From Pirellulales bacterium (GTDB lineage: Bacteria > Planctomycetota > Planctomycetia > Pirellulales > UBA1268): DNA of 64,000 nt. The stretch is taken from NCBI GenBank assembly GCA_028066355.1, contig JALCBP010000002.1, positions 42,253-106,252 of the forward strand, read 5' to 3'. Below, piece by piece: positions 48,396 to 57,216 of this stretch. The translations under genes and the position numbers were made by a program. The notes beneath the pieces were generated by a model. It searched no databases. It worked only from the letters and a program-made list of their open reading frames with translations, and was not told the DNA's origin. Position 1 is the stretch's first letter, and each line of letters opens with the position of its first letter.

Positions 48396-49286
48396 ATGTC
48401 ATTGACCAGCCAAACATGTAAAAACTACTTCCAGCAGGCTGAAATCATTGCCCATGAACAGATTGCTGAGGCCACATGGCGAGTGCGTGTTGACTGCCCG
48501 AACCTTGCTATGACAAGTCGACCAGGCCAGTTTGCAATGGTTCGTGTCAAGGACCGAAGCGATCCACTCCTTGCCCGCCCTCTCGCGGTATACGACGTGT
48601 TCAATCAACATCAGGCACCAGACCACTGGCAGCCGACGCCTCTTGCACCTGATAACGGCGACGCAAAACCCAAATTTGTTGATTTTATTTACGCAGTAGC
48701 TGGCAAATTCACAACAACATTGACTTCTTTACGGCCTGGTGACGACCTTTCTCTTTGGGGTCCACTTGGCAATGGATTTCAGCTTCCGGCAACGAAGCAT
48801 CTTGTGCTCATTGCCGGAGGCATCGGACAAACAGCACTCCTCATGCTGGGCCGTGAATTTCTCGCCGCTGGTCCGTCAAGTCAGGTCACGTTTTGCTGGG
48901 GTGCACGACACGCTGGTCTTTTCGGACACGCTGACGACTTCCGTAACTGTGGAATGAATACCCACCTCGCAACACTCGATGGATCAACAGGATGTCGTGG
49001 CACAGTCATTGACCTTCTCAATGAAATGGAAAACAGCAATACATTTGAAGAAATTGCAATAGCCTGCTGTGGACCCGAAGGAATGATGGCCGCTGTTGCA
49101 CAGTGGGCAGCAGAACGATCCCTCGACTGCCAAGTATCACTAGAAACACCAATGGCATGTGGCATTGGAATCTGCTTTAGCTGCGTTGCACCAATACTCG
49201 ATGAGAAGGGCGACTGGGACTACCAAAGAACCTGTATCGAAGGACCTGTCTTCAACAGTCAGGCAATTCAATGGGACGTTATATAA
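48396..49286 (+). CDS. PyrK-like flavoprotein (FAD/NAD-binding plus C-terminal 2Fe-2S motif)
   Basis: ATG at 48396 (the ORF is open from 48312, overlapping rluB). Ferredoxin-reductase-type fold signals (GQFAMVRV, LWGPLGNGF, LIAGGIGQTAL). Cys cluster MACGIGICFSC...C as in the dihydroorotate dehydrogenase electron-transfer subunit. Confidence 0.7.
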   Translation: MSLTSQTCKNYFQQAEIIAHEQIAEATWRVRVDCPNLAMTSRPGQFAMVRVKDRSDPLLARPLAVYDVFNQHQAPDHWQPTPLAPDNGDAKPKFVDFIYAVAGKFTTTLTSLRPGDDLSLWGPLGNGFQLPATKHLVLIAGGIGQTALLMLGREFLAAGPSSQVTFCWGARHAGLFGHADDFRNCGMNTHLATLDGSTGCRGTVIDLLNEMENSNTFEEIAIACCGPEGMMAAVAQWAAERSLDCQVSLETPMACGIGICFSCVAPILDEKGDWDYQRTCIEGPVFNSQAIQWDVI

Positions 49287-49305
49287 TGAAGCTTTCGATC
49301 GATAC

Positions 49306-49328
49306 AAAAAACAAGTAGTGACCTTGTT
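49306..49328 (-). terminator. Rho-independent terminator downstream of rpsT
   Basis: The minus strand reads AACAAG-GTCACTA-CTTGTT followed by T6. It sits in the 43-bp gap between convergent genes. Confidence 0.6.
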
Positions 49329-49329
49329 C

Positions 49330-49608
49330 TCAGCCAGCTGCTGCCTGAGCTGTTTTGACAATACGGGCAGAGAGTCTTGACTTGATTCTCGCAGCCTTAT
49401 TTTTATGAATTGTTTTTGATGCAGCCGCCCGATCAGCTTTTTTAGCGACAGTCTTAAAAAGATCTTGAGCGGTCGTGACGTCTTTTGCGGAAAGAGCCTG
49501 TAACACCTTTTTGATTGATGTTTTTATTTCCGTTTTTATAGCCTTGTTTCGGTCACGGCTTCGAACATTTTGACGCAATCTTTTTTTAGCACTTGCCGAA
49601 TGTGGCAT
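49330..49608 (-). CDS. rpsT: 30S ribosomal protein S20
   Basis: 92 aa. MPHSASAKKRLRQN... is the canonical S20 N-terminus. Basic helical protein. Confidence 0.94.
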   Translation of the reverse strand: MPHSASAKKRLRQNVRSRDRNKAIKTEIKTSIKKVLQALSAKDVTTAQDLFKTVAKKADRAAASKTIHKNKAARIKSRLSARIVKTAQAAAG

Positions 49609-49768
49609 TCTGTCATTCCTGAACGTAAATAAAACTGGGAAAAGGCATAAACCGCCAATATCTAAAAAATACCCGACGGAACACGATTCCGCCAGTACCC
49701 TAAGAAAACATGGTCAATCGTACGGTTTCCAGAATAGCCAGCCAGAAAAAAGGACTGGCTCAGGTGTT

Positions 49769-51142
49769 TTAGGCATTTAGTTTCTTGAGCCGTTCCGCTA
49801 CGTCGCGGTACCCAAAATCAATCTCAGCAAGGTTTGATAGGAACTTCACTGCCCCATCTTTATCTTTTAGGGCAGCAGCCAAAACACCTGCTCTGTAAAG
49901 AGCTCGTTTCCGTAATTCTACTTCTCGATCCTCCAAGCTTTCCACCGCCGTTTGATAATTTCGCATAGCTAACGGATATTGCTTGATTTTTTGAAAGCAT
50001 TCTCCTAGTTCAAGAGCTACCGCCCCACGGCGGCGGGCGTCAAGTTGAACCTGCTGAAAAAACTTAATAGCCTCTGCTGGGCTGTCAGCAGCCTTAAGGC
50101 GGATGGCAAGCTCATACTTCCAGGTGGTGTTATCTGGATACCTCTCAACACGGGCCGCATAAATGTCAATTTCCTGCTTAAGCAGAGCTCTCTTTAATCG
50201 AGCAACCGTTTCTTTATTATCCTCGCTGTCCGTGGCTTGTAGTTGCTTTTCAGCAAGCATCACCCTCCGTTTTGCCCAACGAATCTGTCTGTCTTCAAGA
50301 TGCTCTCGCACCTTCAGGTCGTTGCCAGATGCGGCGAGTACATCCACAAGCACTTTCTCTGCATCTTCAACTGTACCTTCTCGCTCCAACAAATCTGCGA
50401 GCTCAAATGCAGTCTCAAAATCTGATGGTGATGAAGCCAATTTTTGCCGGAGTTGTTCCAGCGGTGACACATCAGTGGACTCCTTTGGCCCAGTTCCACG
50501 ACTTTCGAGCTTTTCTCGTGTTTTTTCTACACTTAATCGTGCAATCTCACGCTCAGCCTCTTCTTGGACGCTTTTTGTCCCGGCAAGTCGCTGCCAGCAA
50601 GAAATAGCTTGATCGTACTCCCCCAATTTTTCTTTATAACTGGCACACTGCTTGTTCACTGCAATATCTTTGGGCGCAACATCAAGCGCTCTTCTGAGAA
50701 ACAATCCCTGCGTATCAAGGCAATGAGCATCGCCGCAGACTTCGGCCAGGCTCAGAATACATGCAACGTCAAAAGGGTCTTTCTTGAGCACATCGAGGCC
50801 AACCTTTATTGCTTCGCGTGTCTTTCCAGTCGCTACCAGACGCTTAAGGCTTCCCCGACCTCCGGCAGAGAGCAACGAAGCAAAACCGCTTTTTTTCTTG
50901 CCATCAAATTTTTTAGACAGAGCCTCAAGAAATCCTTGCAGATAAATCGCACTAGCGGGATCTCCTGCTACGCAACTTCCAAATAATTCAACTGCGTAAT
51001 CATAATTCCCTTTCCTGAGGTTATCTGATCCCGTGGTGAAGCATTTTGTAAGTCGACTACGCTCTGCAGGAGATGGCGGCGATATACTCTCTGTATTCAC
51101 TTGAGTTCCACCCACGTTCTTTTCTTCCTGTTTTGCTGACAT
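49769..51142 (-). CDS. Tetratricopeptide (TPR) repeat protein
   Basis: 457 aa and all-helical. Several 34-aa A/Y/L-patterned repeats (e.g. GNYDYAVELFGSCVAGDP, LGEYDQAISCWQRL, IKQYPLAMRNYQTAVE). Confidence 0.7.
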   Translation of the reverse strand: MSAKQEEKNVGGTQVNTESISPPSPAERSRLTKCFTTGSDNLRKGNYDYAVELFGSCVAGDPASAIYLQGFLEALSKKFDGKKKSGFASLLSAGGRGSLKRLVATGKTREAIKVGLDVLKKDPFDVACILSLAEVCGDAHCLDTQGLFLRRALDVAPKDIAVNKQCASYKEKLGEYDQAISCWQRLAGTKSVQEEAEREIARLSVEKTREKLESRGTGPKESTDVSPLEQLRQKLASSPSDFETAFELADLLEREGTVEDAEKVLVDVLAASGNDLKVREHLEDRQIRWAKRRVMLAEKQLQATDSEDNKETVARLKRALLKQEIDIYAARVERYPDNTTWKYELAIRLKAADSPAEAIKFFQQVQLDARRRGAVALELGECFQKIKQYPLAMRNYQTAVESLEDREVELRKRALYRAGVLAAALKDKDGAVKFLSNLAEIDFGYRDVAERLKKLNA

Positions 51143-51379
51143 GCTTCCTACACGTTAAACAAAAGATATGATCGTAATATCACGAGATCAAAATCGTAAC
51201 AAAACCTGATTGTTACCCCAGAAAAAAGTGCTCATTTCAAATAAATTAACATCGTGTTATATCCCAATGGCCTCATACAAAGTAACCGACAACAGTCTCC
51301 ATGGGTACGTTTTTCTCTAAATTCGTACACTCGTGTGAACTGCTTCGTTATGCTGAAGTGACGAAACCTTAGGTATCAG

Positions 51380-53008
51380 ATGAAAAGTCATGTTGACCTG
51401 CCGATCCACGATAGCAAGTCGCCTCTTATGAAAAAAGATGGCTGCATCCAGCGCGATGGACATGTTCTTTTCGTCGGCGCGGGACCAGGCCAACCTGACC
51501 TTTTGACTATTCGAGCCATCCGTGCGCTCGAGCAAGCTGATATCGTTGTCCATGACCAACTTGTGTCACCTGCTATTCTTAACCTTATTCCACCCCACAC
51601 AAAGAGGATCTTACTATCTGAAATCCTGGAACAGTCCACGGGAAGCGACACTGGCCTGATACTCGGAACGTATCTAGCAGACTGTGCAGTGAATGGCTAC
51701 AACGTCGTCCGCCTGAAAGGTGGCGACCCTACTATTTTTGCGAGACTCCGTGAAGAAATAGAGCCGCTTGTCGAACATTCTGTATCGTTTGAAATCATTC
51801 CTGGGATTACATCAGCAACCGCAGCAGCAGCGGCAGCAGTCACCCCGCTAACATCCCGAAGCATCTCATCAAGCCTCACCATCGTGACAGGGCACGAGGC
51901 CAAAGATAAGAAAGAGGCTCTTGATTACGAAAATCTTTCGATTCGAGAAGGGACCATTGTTATCTACATGGGTGTTGAACAGGCTCAACACTGGTCAGAT
52001 GCACTCCTCAAAGCAGGAAGACCCTCAGATACACCGGTAACACTCGTAAGTCGCTGCAGTTGGCCAGACCAGCGGATTATCCAAACAACTCTTGGCTCAT
52101 GTGCTTTAGACATCGACATGGCGAAAATCCCCTCACCGGCAGTTGCTATGATCGGCGAGACACCGATGAGAAACCCAAAACCAAATACAAGGGTACCGCC
52201 TCTGCAAGGATGCCGGCTTTTGGTCACCCGGCCAGCAGGTCAGGCCGGTCCAGTTATCGCCGATATTGCGAGACGTGGGGGTGAGGCGATGCACCTCCCC
52301 TTAATCGACATTGTACCAGCGAGTGATCCCAAGGAACTACAAATCGCTGTCAATGAGGCATGGGCGTTTGATTGGATCGTCTTCACGAGTGTCAATGGTG
52401 TTAACTACTTCTGCAAACAGATGCGATTACAGGAACTTGATCCACGTGCACTCGGAAGTGCACAGATCGCCGCCATCGGCCCCGCAACGAAACAAGCACT
52501 TGAAGAGCAGGGGGTCATTTGCGACCTCGTCCCCGAAAGTTTTCATTCTGAAGGATTTGTCCAAGCACTTCACCAACGAGGGAAGAAGCAGCGATTCCTA
52601 CTAATTCAAGCAGAGCGAGGTCGCGATGTTTTGCGTACAGAACTCGAAGCCGCTGGTCACGAAGTTAAACAGGTCGCTGCCTATGCGAGTCAACCCATTT
52701 CATCCAACCAAGAAACAGCGCATCGAATGATAAAGCAATTCCCTGTTAACTGGATTCTTCTCACAAGCTCATTTATTGCAGAAGCCGCAGTGAATATATT
52801 TGGCGAGTATCTACGTTCTTGGAAAATCGCAAGCATCTCGCCAATCACATCATCGAAAGTCTGTGAACTCGGCTACTCGGTGACGGTTGAGGCAAACGAG
52901 GCCACAATGAAGTCACTTTTGGATTCAATAGAATCCTGGCAAAAGAACCATATCACCGACTCCAGATGTAAAGGAATTCCGACAGGGAAAACCGTGCCGG
53001 CCGAATAA
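51380..53008 (+). CDS. cobA-hemD: Uroporphyrinogen-III C-methyltransferase / uroporphyrinogen-III synthase fusion
   Basis: 542 aa. N-terminal SUMT domain (VGAGPGQPDLLTIRAIRALEQADIVVHD, LKGGDPTIFAR). The C-terminal ~250 aa are HemD-like (LLVTRPAGQA..., FTSVNGV). Confidence 0.85.
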   Translation: MKSHVDLPIHDSKSPLMKKDGCIQRDGHVLFVGAGPGQPDLLTIRAIRALEQADIVVHDQLVSPAILNLIPPHTKRILLSEILEQSTGSDTGLILGTYLADCAVNGYNVVRLKGGDPTIFARLREEIEPLVEHSVSFEIIPGITSATAAAAAAVTPLTSRSISSSLTIVTGHEAKDKKEALDYENLSIREGTIVIYMGVEQAQHWSDALLKAGRPSDTPVTLVSRCSWPDQRIIQTTLGSCALDIDMAKIPSPAVAMIGETPMRNPKPNTRVPPLQGCRLLVTRPAGQAGPVIADIARRGGEAMHLPLIDIVPASDPKELQIAVNEAWAFDWIVFTSVNGVNYFCKQMRLQELDPRALGSAQIAAIGPATKQALEEQGVICDLVPESFHSEGFVQALHQRGKKQRFLLIQAERGRDVLRTELEAAGHEVKQVAAYASQPISSNQETAHRMIKQFPVNWILLTSSFIAEAAVNIFGEYLRSWKIASISPITSSKVCELGYSVTVEANEATMKSLLDSIESWQKNHITDSRCKGIPTGKTVPAE

Positions 53009-53166
53009 GCCGAAGAAGTGGAAATCGCTGAAGTGAATTTATTTCTACGTCGATACCGATAGATCAAGGCGTGCTTTTGCACATAGAACGGCTTGCCCAA
53101 AACCGATTTTGTTCCTGGTAAATGATATAGAGTCATGGGCTAGCCAAGTTGCTGAGGAGGTTAAGT

Positions 53167-53856
53167 GTGCAGTATCAGGGTTTGTCAGACACACACATCG
53201 TTTGTGCTCCATTACCCCTAAATCCCAGACAAACTGAGACTGTCTTTCGGGGACTGAATAGTGATATCCCAATTTCCTGGTATGGCACATTGGATATTCT
53301 GCAAAGCATATCGCATACCGATGAGGCTGTTTGTTTAGAAATGGGTCTCGGCGACATAGCCTCGAAACACTGCTTTCGCACCCAGCTCCATTTAGCACGA
53401 CGTAGTTTCCCACACCTGAACACGATAGTCGCACCACAGGCCGGACAGATTCATCATCGTGAACTGCTTGTCCAAGAGGGCATCTCTGTAATCCTTACCA
53501 ATTCATACAGCACGACATCATCCCCACGAAGACCAGTACCCATGGGTTGGCCTTGCCGAAACGTTCAATGGGGACTATGGGAAGTTTTGCGTAACACCCG
53601 AACACAGCAAGGACAGTTCCAAACCTTCCTATCTTTCATGACACGTAGACAAGAACAAAAAGGAATTCTTAAGATTTGGGATGCTGCCTCCAAGAACGGC
53701 AACTATGACCACAAAAAATTTAGCAAGATTACAAGGCAGGTACACAAACTTGTATCCAAGAAGTCAGCAACGGCCATACGTCTCGACCAGCTACCTGACT
53801 TAATCTCAAGAGGCACTTCCAGAGCAGACCCTTCCTCTATACTCAAAGCAGCCTAA
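53167..53856 (+). CDS. Hypothetical protein
   Basis: The ORF is open from 53149. The GTG at 53167 has GAGGAGG 6 nt upstream. I recognise no motif. The C-terminus is basic. Confidence 0.5.
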   Translation: MQYQGLSDTHIVCAPLPLNPRQTETVFRGLNSDIPISWYGTLDILQSISHTDEAVCLEMGLGDIASKHCFRTQLHLARRSFPHLNTIVAPQAGQIHHRELLVQEGISVILTNSYSTTSSPRRPVPMGWPCRNVQWGLWEVLRNTRTQQGQFQTFLSFMTRRQEQKGILKIWDAASKNGNYDHKKFSKITRQVHKLVSKKSATAIRLDQLPDLISRGTSRADPSSILKAA

Positions 53857-53880
53857 TCGATTAGCTGAAAAATGAACCGA

Positions 53881-54069
53881 CTAGTCTTCTTTTCTGCTCA
53901 TTAAAGTAGACCAACTTAAATAGGCAAGAATTCCACTACTCAGGATAAATCCAACATCGGCAAGTACGCTGACCCGACTGAATGGGATAGCGACCGCTGC
54001 ATCAGCTAAAAAAAGGATACCTACGATCCCAGAAACAACCATGCCGACAAACGGAACGGACTTCGACAC
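53881..54069 (-). CDS. Small two-helix membrane protein
   Basis: 62 aa. GTG start with GGAGGG about 10 nt upstream. Two hydrophobic helices (FVGMVVSGIVGILFLA; VGFILSSGILAYLSW). Confidence 0.5.
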   Translation of the reverse strand: MSKSVPFVGMVVSGIVGILFLADAAVAIPFSRVSVLADVGFILSSGILAYLSWSTLMSRKED

Positions 54070-54217
54070 GCCGTGAGACCCTCCACAAATGTAGTAAAAT
54101 TAGTGTCAAAGATCTCTCCACTTGAGATCTCTCTTTGAAATACCATACTTGTTCACTCTCTGGGAGCCAACAGAATCTTTATCGTCTATCACAAATCATT
54201 ATTTGGAGTAATTATTT

Positions 54218-54721
54218 TTGCCACCTCATGATGGTCAAGTCGCGGTGTACACAGGGTCTTTTGATCCAATTACGCTCGGTCACCTTGATGTGATCGAGAG
54301 GGCAAGCCGTATATTTAACCATATTGTGGTCGGCGTAGGTATCAACCCTGACAAGCAGCCACTTTTTGATCAGGAAGAGCGGGTCAAACTCGTAGAAGCA
54401 GCAGTCGCCCACCTCGACAATGTGACTGTTCGACGCTTCCACGGATTATCTGTAGCGTTTGTTCGTGACCAAAAAGCACAGATTGTTCTTCGCGGCGTTC
54501 GATCACTGACGGATATCGAGGCAGAGTTTACTATGACCCTCGCGAACCGAATGCTGGACCCAGGAATCGAGACTGTCTTCCTAATGGCAGATGCGCAATA
54601 CTCCCACATATCTTCATCTTTATTAAAGCAAATCACTCCACTCGCAAACGACACTGCTTTGGGAAAATTTGTTCCGCCAGCGGTGGTCGATGCTCTCCGG
54701 GAAAAACTAGCAGACACCTAG
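54218..54721 (+). CDS. coaD: Phosphopantetheine adenylyltransferase
   Basis: 167 aa with a TTG start. VYTGSFDPITLGHLDVIERA (T/HxGH motif), RGVRSLTD, and ISSSLLK. Confidence 0.92.
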   Translation: MPPHDGQVAVYTGSFDPITLGHLDVIERASRIFNHIVVGVGINPDKQPLFDQEERVKLVEAAVAHLDNVTVRRFHGLSVAFVRDQKAQIVLRGVRSLTDIEAEFTMTLANRMLDPGIETVFLMADAQYSHISSSLLKQITPLANDTALGKFVPPAVVDALREKLADT

Positions 54722-54874
54722 CAAAAAATGTATCCCGACTGGCCGCACACACTAAAACCCCAATCTCGTTCTGTATTGTTGCTCATTCTGGCGATAGCCT
54801 TATCGCGTGGCTTCAGTTGTGAATAAAGAAAAGTTATCAACAAAGAACAGTGCTTAACTGTTAGGATTTTCCAG

Positions 54875-54902
54875 AAAAAAAACGAGAAGCGGCCTGCTTC
54901 TC
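54875..54902 (-). terminator. Rho-independent terminator downstream of mcsB
   Basis: The minus strand reads GAGAAGC-AGGCC-GCTTCTC followed by G then T8. Confidence 0.8.
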
Positions 54903-55013
54903 ATGCCCCCTTTATTTTGATTGAGGCCAATTAAATAGATGGTGACCTCAACCACTCATTGCTGCATAAATAAAAACAGTTGGCGGTTTAAGCCATTCCT
55001 CTAGCAAAAGTCT

Positions 55014-56081
55014 TTAATTGCCGTCGGGTGACCCTGACTCGAAATATGACCGAAGGAATCGTGCGCGTTCGATATTTCGATCTTTTGTGTCAAGGTCGAC
55101 ACCTTTCATCTTCTGAAGATGGGCCGGCTGGGTGCGAACAAGCAGTTTATTAACATCAGAAACATGAAGATCATCCACCAAACCCAGCAGCACCCCCATG
55201 CGAACACGCGAAAGCAGTTGCATGGTTTCTTCGGCACTAATTGTTTGCGCCGTTCTCAAAATCCCAAAGGCGCGGCTCACCTGATCGTGTACATTCCGCT
55301 CTGTTTCCTGCAAAAGAAATTCTCTGGCACGACGCTCATAATCAATTAGAACAGGAACAACATCCGCGACCTGAGCAATTAGTTCATCCTCTGTTCGACC
55401 GAGGGTTATTTGGTTGGAAATCTGATAAAAATCTCCAAAAGCCTGCGAACCCTCGCCGTACAAACCTCGAACAGCTAATGAAATTTTATGCAGGCTTCGA
55501 AAAACTTTGTCAATCTGCCGCGTGATCACAAGAGCAGGGAGGTGAAGCATTACGCTTACTCGTATTCCCGTACCGACATTTGTTGGACATGCAGTCAGAT
55601 ACCCCCATTGGCCATGAAAAGCATAAGGAACCACCTCTTCGATCTCTTCGTCTACTCCACGAATCTGCGACCAGACTGCTTCGAGATCTAAACCACTATG
55701 GATGCACTGAATTCGAAGATGATCTTCCTCATTGATCATGAGACTGATCTGTTCGGTAGGATCAATTGCAACCCCACGAGCACCTGTAGCATCGGCATGC
55801 TCCCTGCTTATCAACTGTCTTTCAACGAGAAATTGTCGATCAAGGTCTTCGAGGCCACCTAAATTTGTATACTCAAGACGTGAACCTACTGACGTCTTCT
55901 TAAGATGCGAGCGAAGGAAACCCTCGATCTCACTCCGTTCCGTCTCCGAGGCCCGGCCTACGAAGGGATAGTGTGCAAGATTTCGTGCAAGCCGCACTCT
56001 GCTACTCATAACAATATCTGACTCGGGACCGGTGCCCTTAAGCCATTCACCAACAGATGTTTTCAACACTTCAAATTCCAT
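55014..56081 (-). CDS. mcsB: Protein arginine kinase (ATP:guanido phosphotransferase) McsB
   Basis: 355 aa. SSRVRLARNLAHYPF, NEEDHLRIQ, CPTNVGTGIR and ISNQITLG are phosphagen-kinase/McsB signatures. Confidence 0.88.
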   Translation of the reverse strand: MEFEVLKTSVGEWLKGTGPESDIVMSSRVRLARNLAHYPFVGRASETERSEIEGFLRSHLKKTSVGSRLEYTNLGGLEDLDRQFLVERQLISREHADATGARGVAIDPTEQISLMINEEDHLRIQCIHSGLDLEAVWSQIRGVDEEIEEVVPYAFHGQWGYLTACPTNVGTGIRVSVMLHLPALVITRQIDKVFRSLHKISLAVRGLYGEGSQAFGDFYQISNQITLGRTEDELIAQVADVVPVLIDYERRAREFLLQETERNVHDQVSRAFGILRTAQTISAEETMQLLSRVRMGVLLGLVDDLHVSDVNKLLVRTQPAHLQKMKGVDLDTKDRNIERARFLRSYFESGSPDGN

Positions 56082-56172
56082 ATATTTAAATTTAGCAGTA
56101 TTTGTTACTTAAATGTCTATCAGTAGTCAGGCGGTTTGCCCGGAAACTTTTTCCCTGTAGTTAATAGAAAAG

Positions 56173-56715
56173 CTAGTTTCGTGAGGCTTCTGCATTCCAT
56201 TTATGAAGAATGTTTTGGATGTCATCTCGGAGTTTCCCAGCCCTCTCGTACTCTTCAGCCTCTACCGCATGACGGATTTCTTTCCTCATTCCTATGACAC
56301 TCGTAAGTTCCTCTGTGGATTCTGGAAGAGGCTCTCCTTCAAATGATTTCCTACGACGTGGTCGTCGACCCCGGTGCTGCACTTCTCCGTGGATGTTTGC
56401 AATCAGAGGCTCAAGCTCTTTTTCAAACTGCACATAATCATGCGGACATCCGAGCCTTCCTTGGTTACGAAATTCAAAAAATGTAATACCGCACATATCA
56501 CAAAATAGCTGGTCAATCTCAGAAAGTTCTTTCGCTGTTTGGTTAACACCGAGAGGCCCGCTTGGGATGTCAGAGTCTTCCTGCTGCGAATCCGCCTCAG
56601 CCTGATTGAGATACACACGCGCATGATCTTCACAAAGGTGCAATTCGCGTACCCCACCATCTTCTACTTCAGTAATGTGAAACATTGCCTGTTTTTCGCA
56701 TTGCTGGCATTGCAT
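56173..56715 (-). CDS. mcsA: McsA-like activator (two Cys4-type zinc-finger motifs plus UVR motif)
   Basis: ATG at 56715 (MQCQQCEKQAMFHITE). CxxC...CxxH and CDMCG...CPHDY motifs. C-terminal UVR-like AVEAEEYERAGKLRDDI. Directly upstream of mcsB. Confidence 0.75.
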   Translation of the reverse strand: MQCQQCEKQAMFHITEVEDGGVRELHLCEDHARVYLNQAEADSQQEDSDIPSGPLGVNQTAKELSEIDQLFCDMCGITFFEFRNQGRLGCPHDYVQFEKELEPLIANIHGEVQHRGRRPRRRKSFEGEPLPESTEELTSVIGMRKEIRHAVEAEEYERAGKLRDDIQNILHKWNAEASRN

Positions 56716-57216
56716 AGCTTCGTCCCTTAGCACTCTTAAACACATCAACAACCAGTTCTGTGAGTTCTACTCACAATATACCGAAGTCCTGTCTTGTTCC
56801 TTCAACAATATTATTACCATTCCTCAATGCAAAGCACACTAAACACTCCGCCAAGTACTACTTTTGCCCAAAAACCTGTCATGAGTATAGACTCTGGAAA
56901 AGTTCAGGTTTTCAACCGAAAATTCGCTGATTTATCACGTAATAATTCCACTACCTAATACCCAATCGAGACCACCCGGAATAGTGAACTACACTCTCCC
57001 ATGGCGATACGAAAGAAAAACCAGACCATTCGAATGTCAACCAAAACGCTGGTTTTACAAGACACTAATCCTTCGCCAACAAAAACTGGTCCAACCAAAA
57101 GACAATTACAGCACTAAAAAGCAATCGTCCTCCCCATTGACTCCAACTAACTCATAGTCCCAAATAGGAACCATAACAATATAAAAACTGGTGGAAATAA
57201 ATTAATCGATGCCCTC

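Noticed and set aside
57001-57117. A 38-aa ORF upstream of trpE, considered as a possible trp leader peptide.
   Set aside because: It contains no Trp codons, has no adjacent terminator/antiterminator pair, and has no Shine-Dalgarno sequence.
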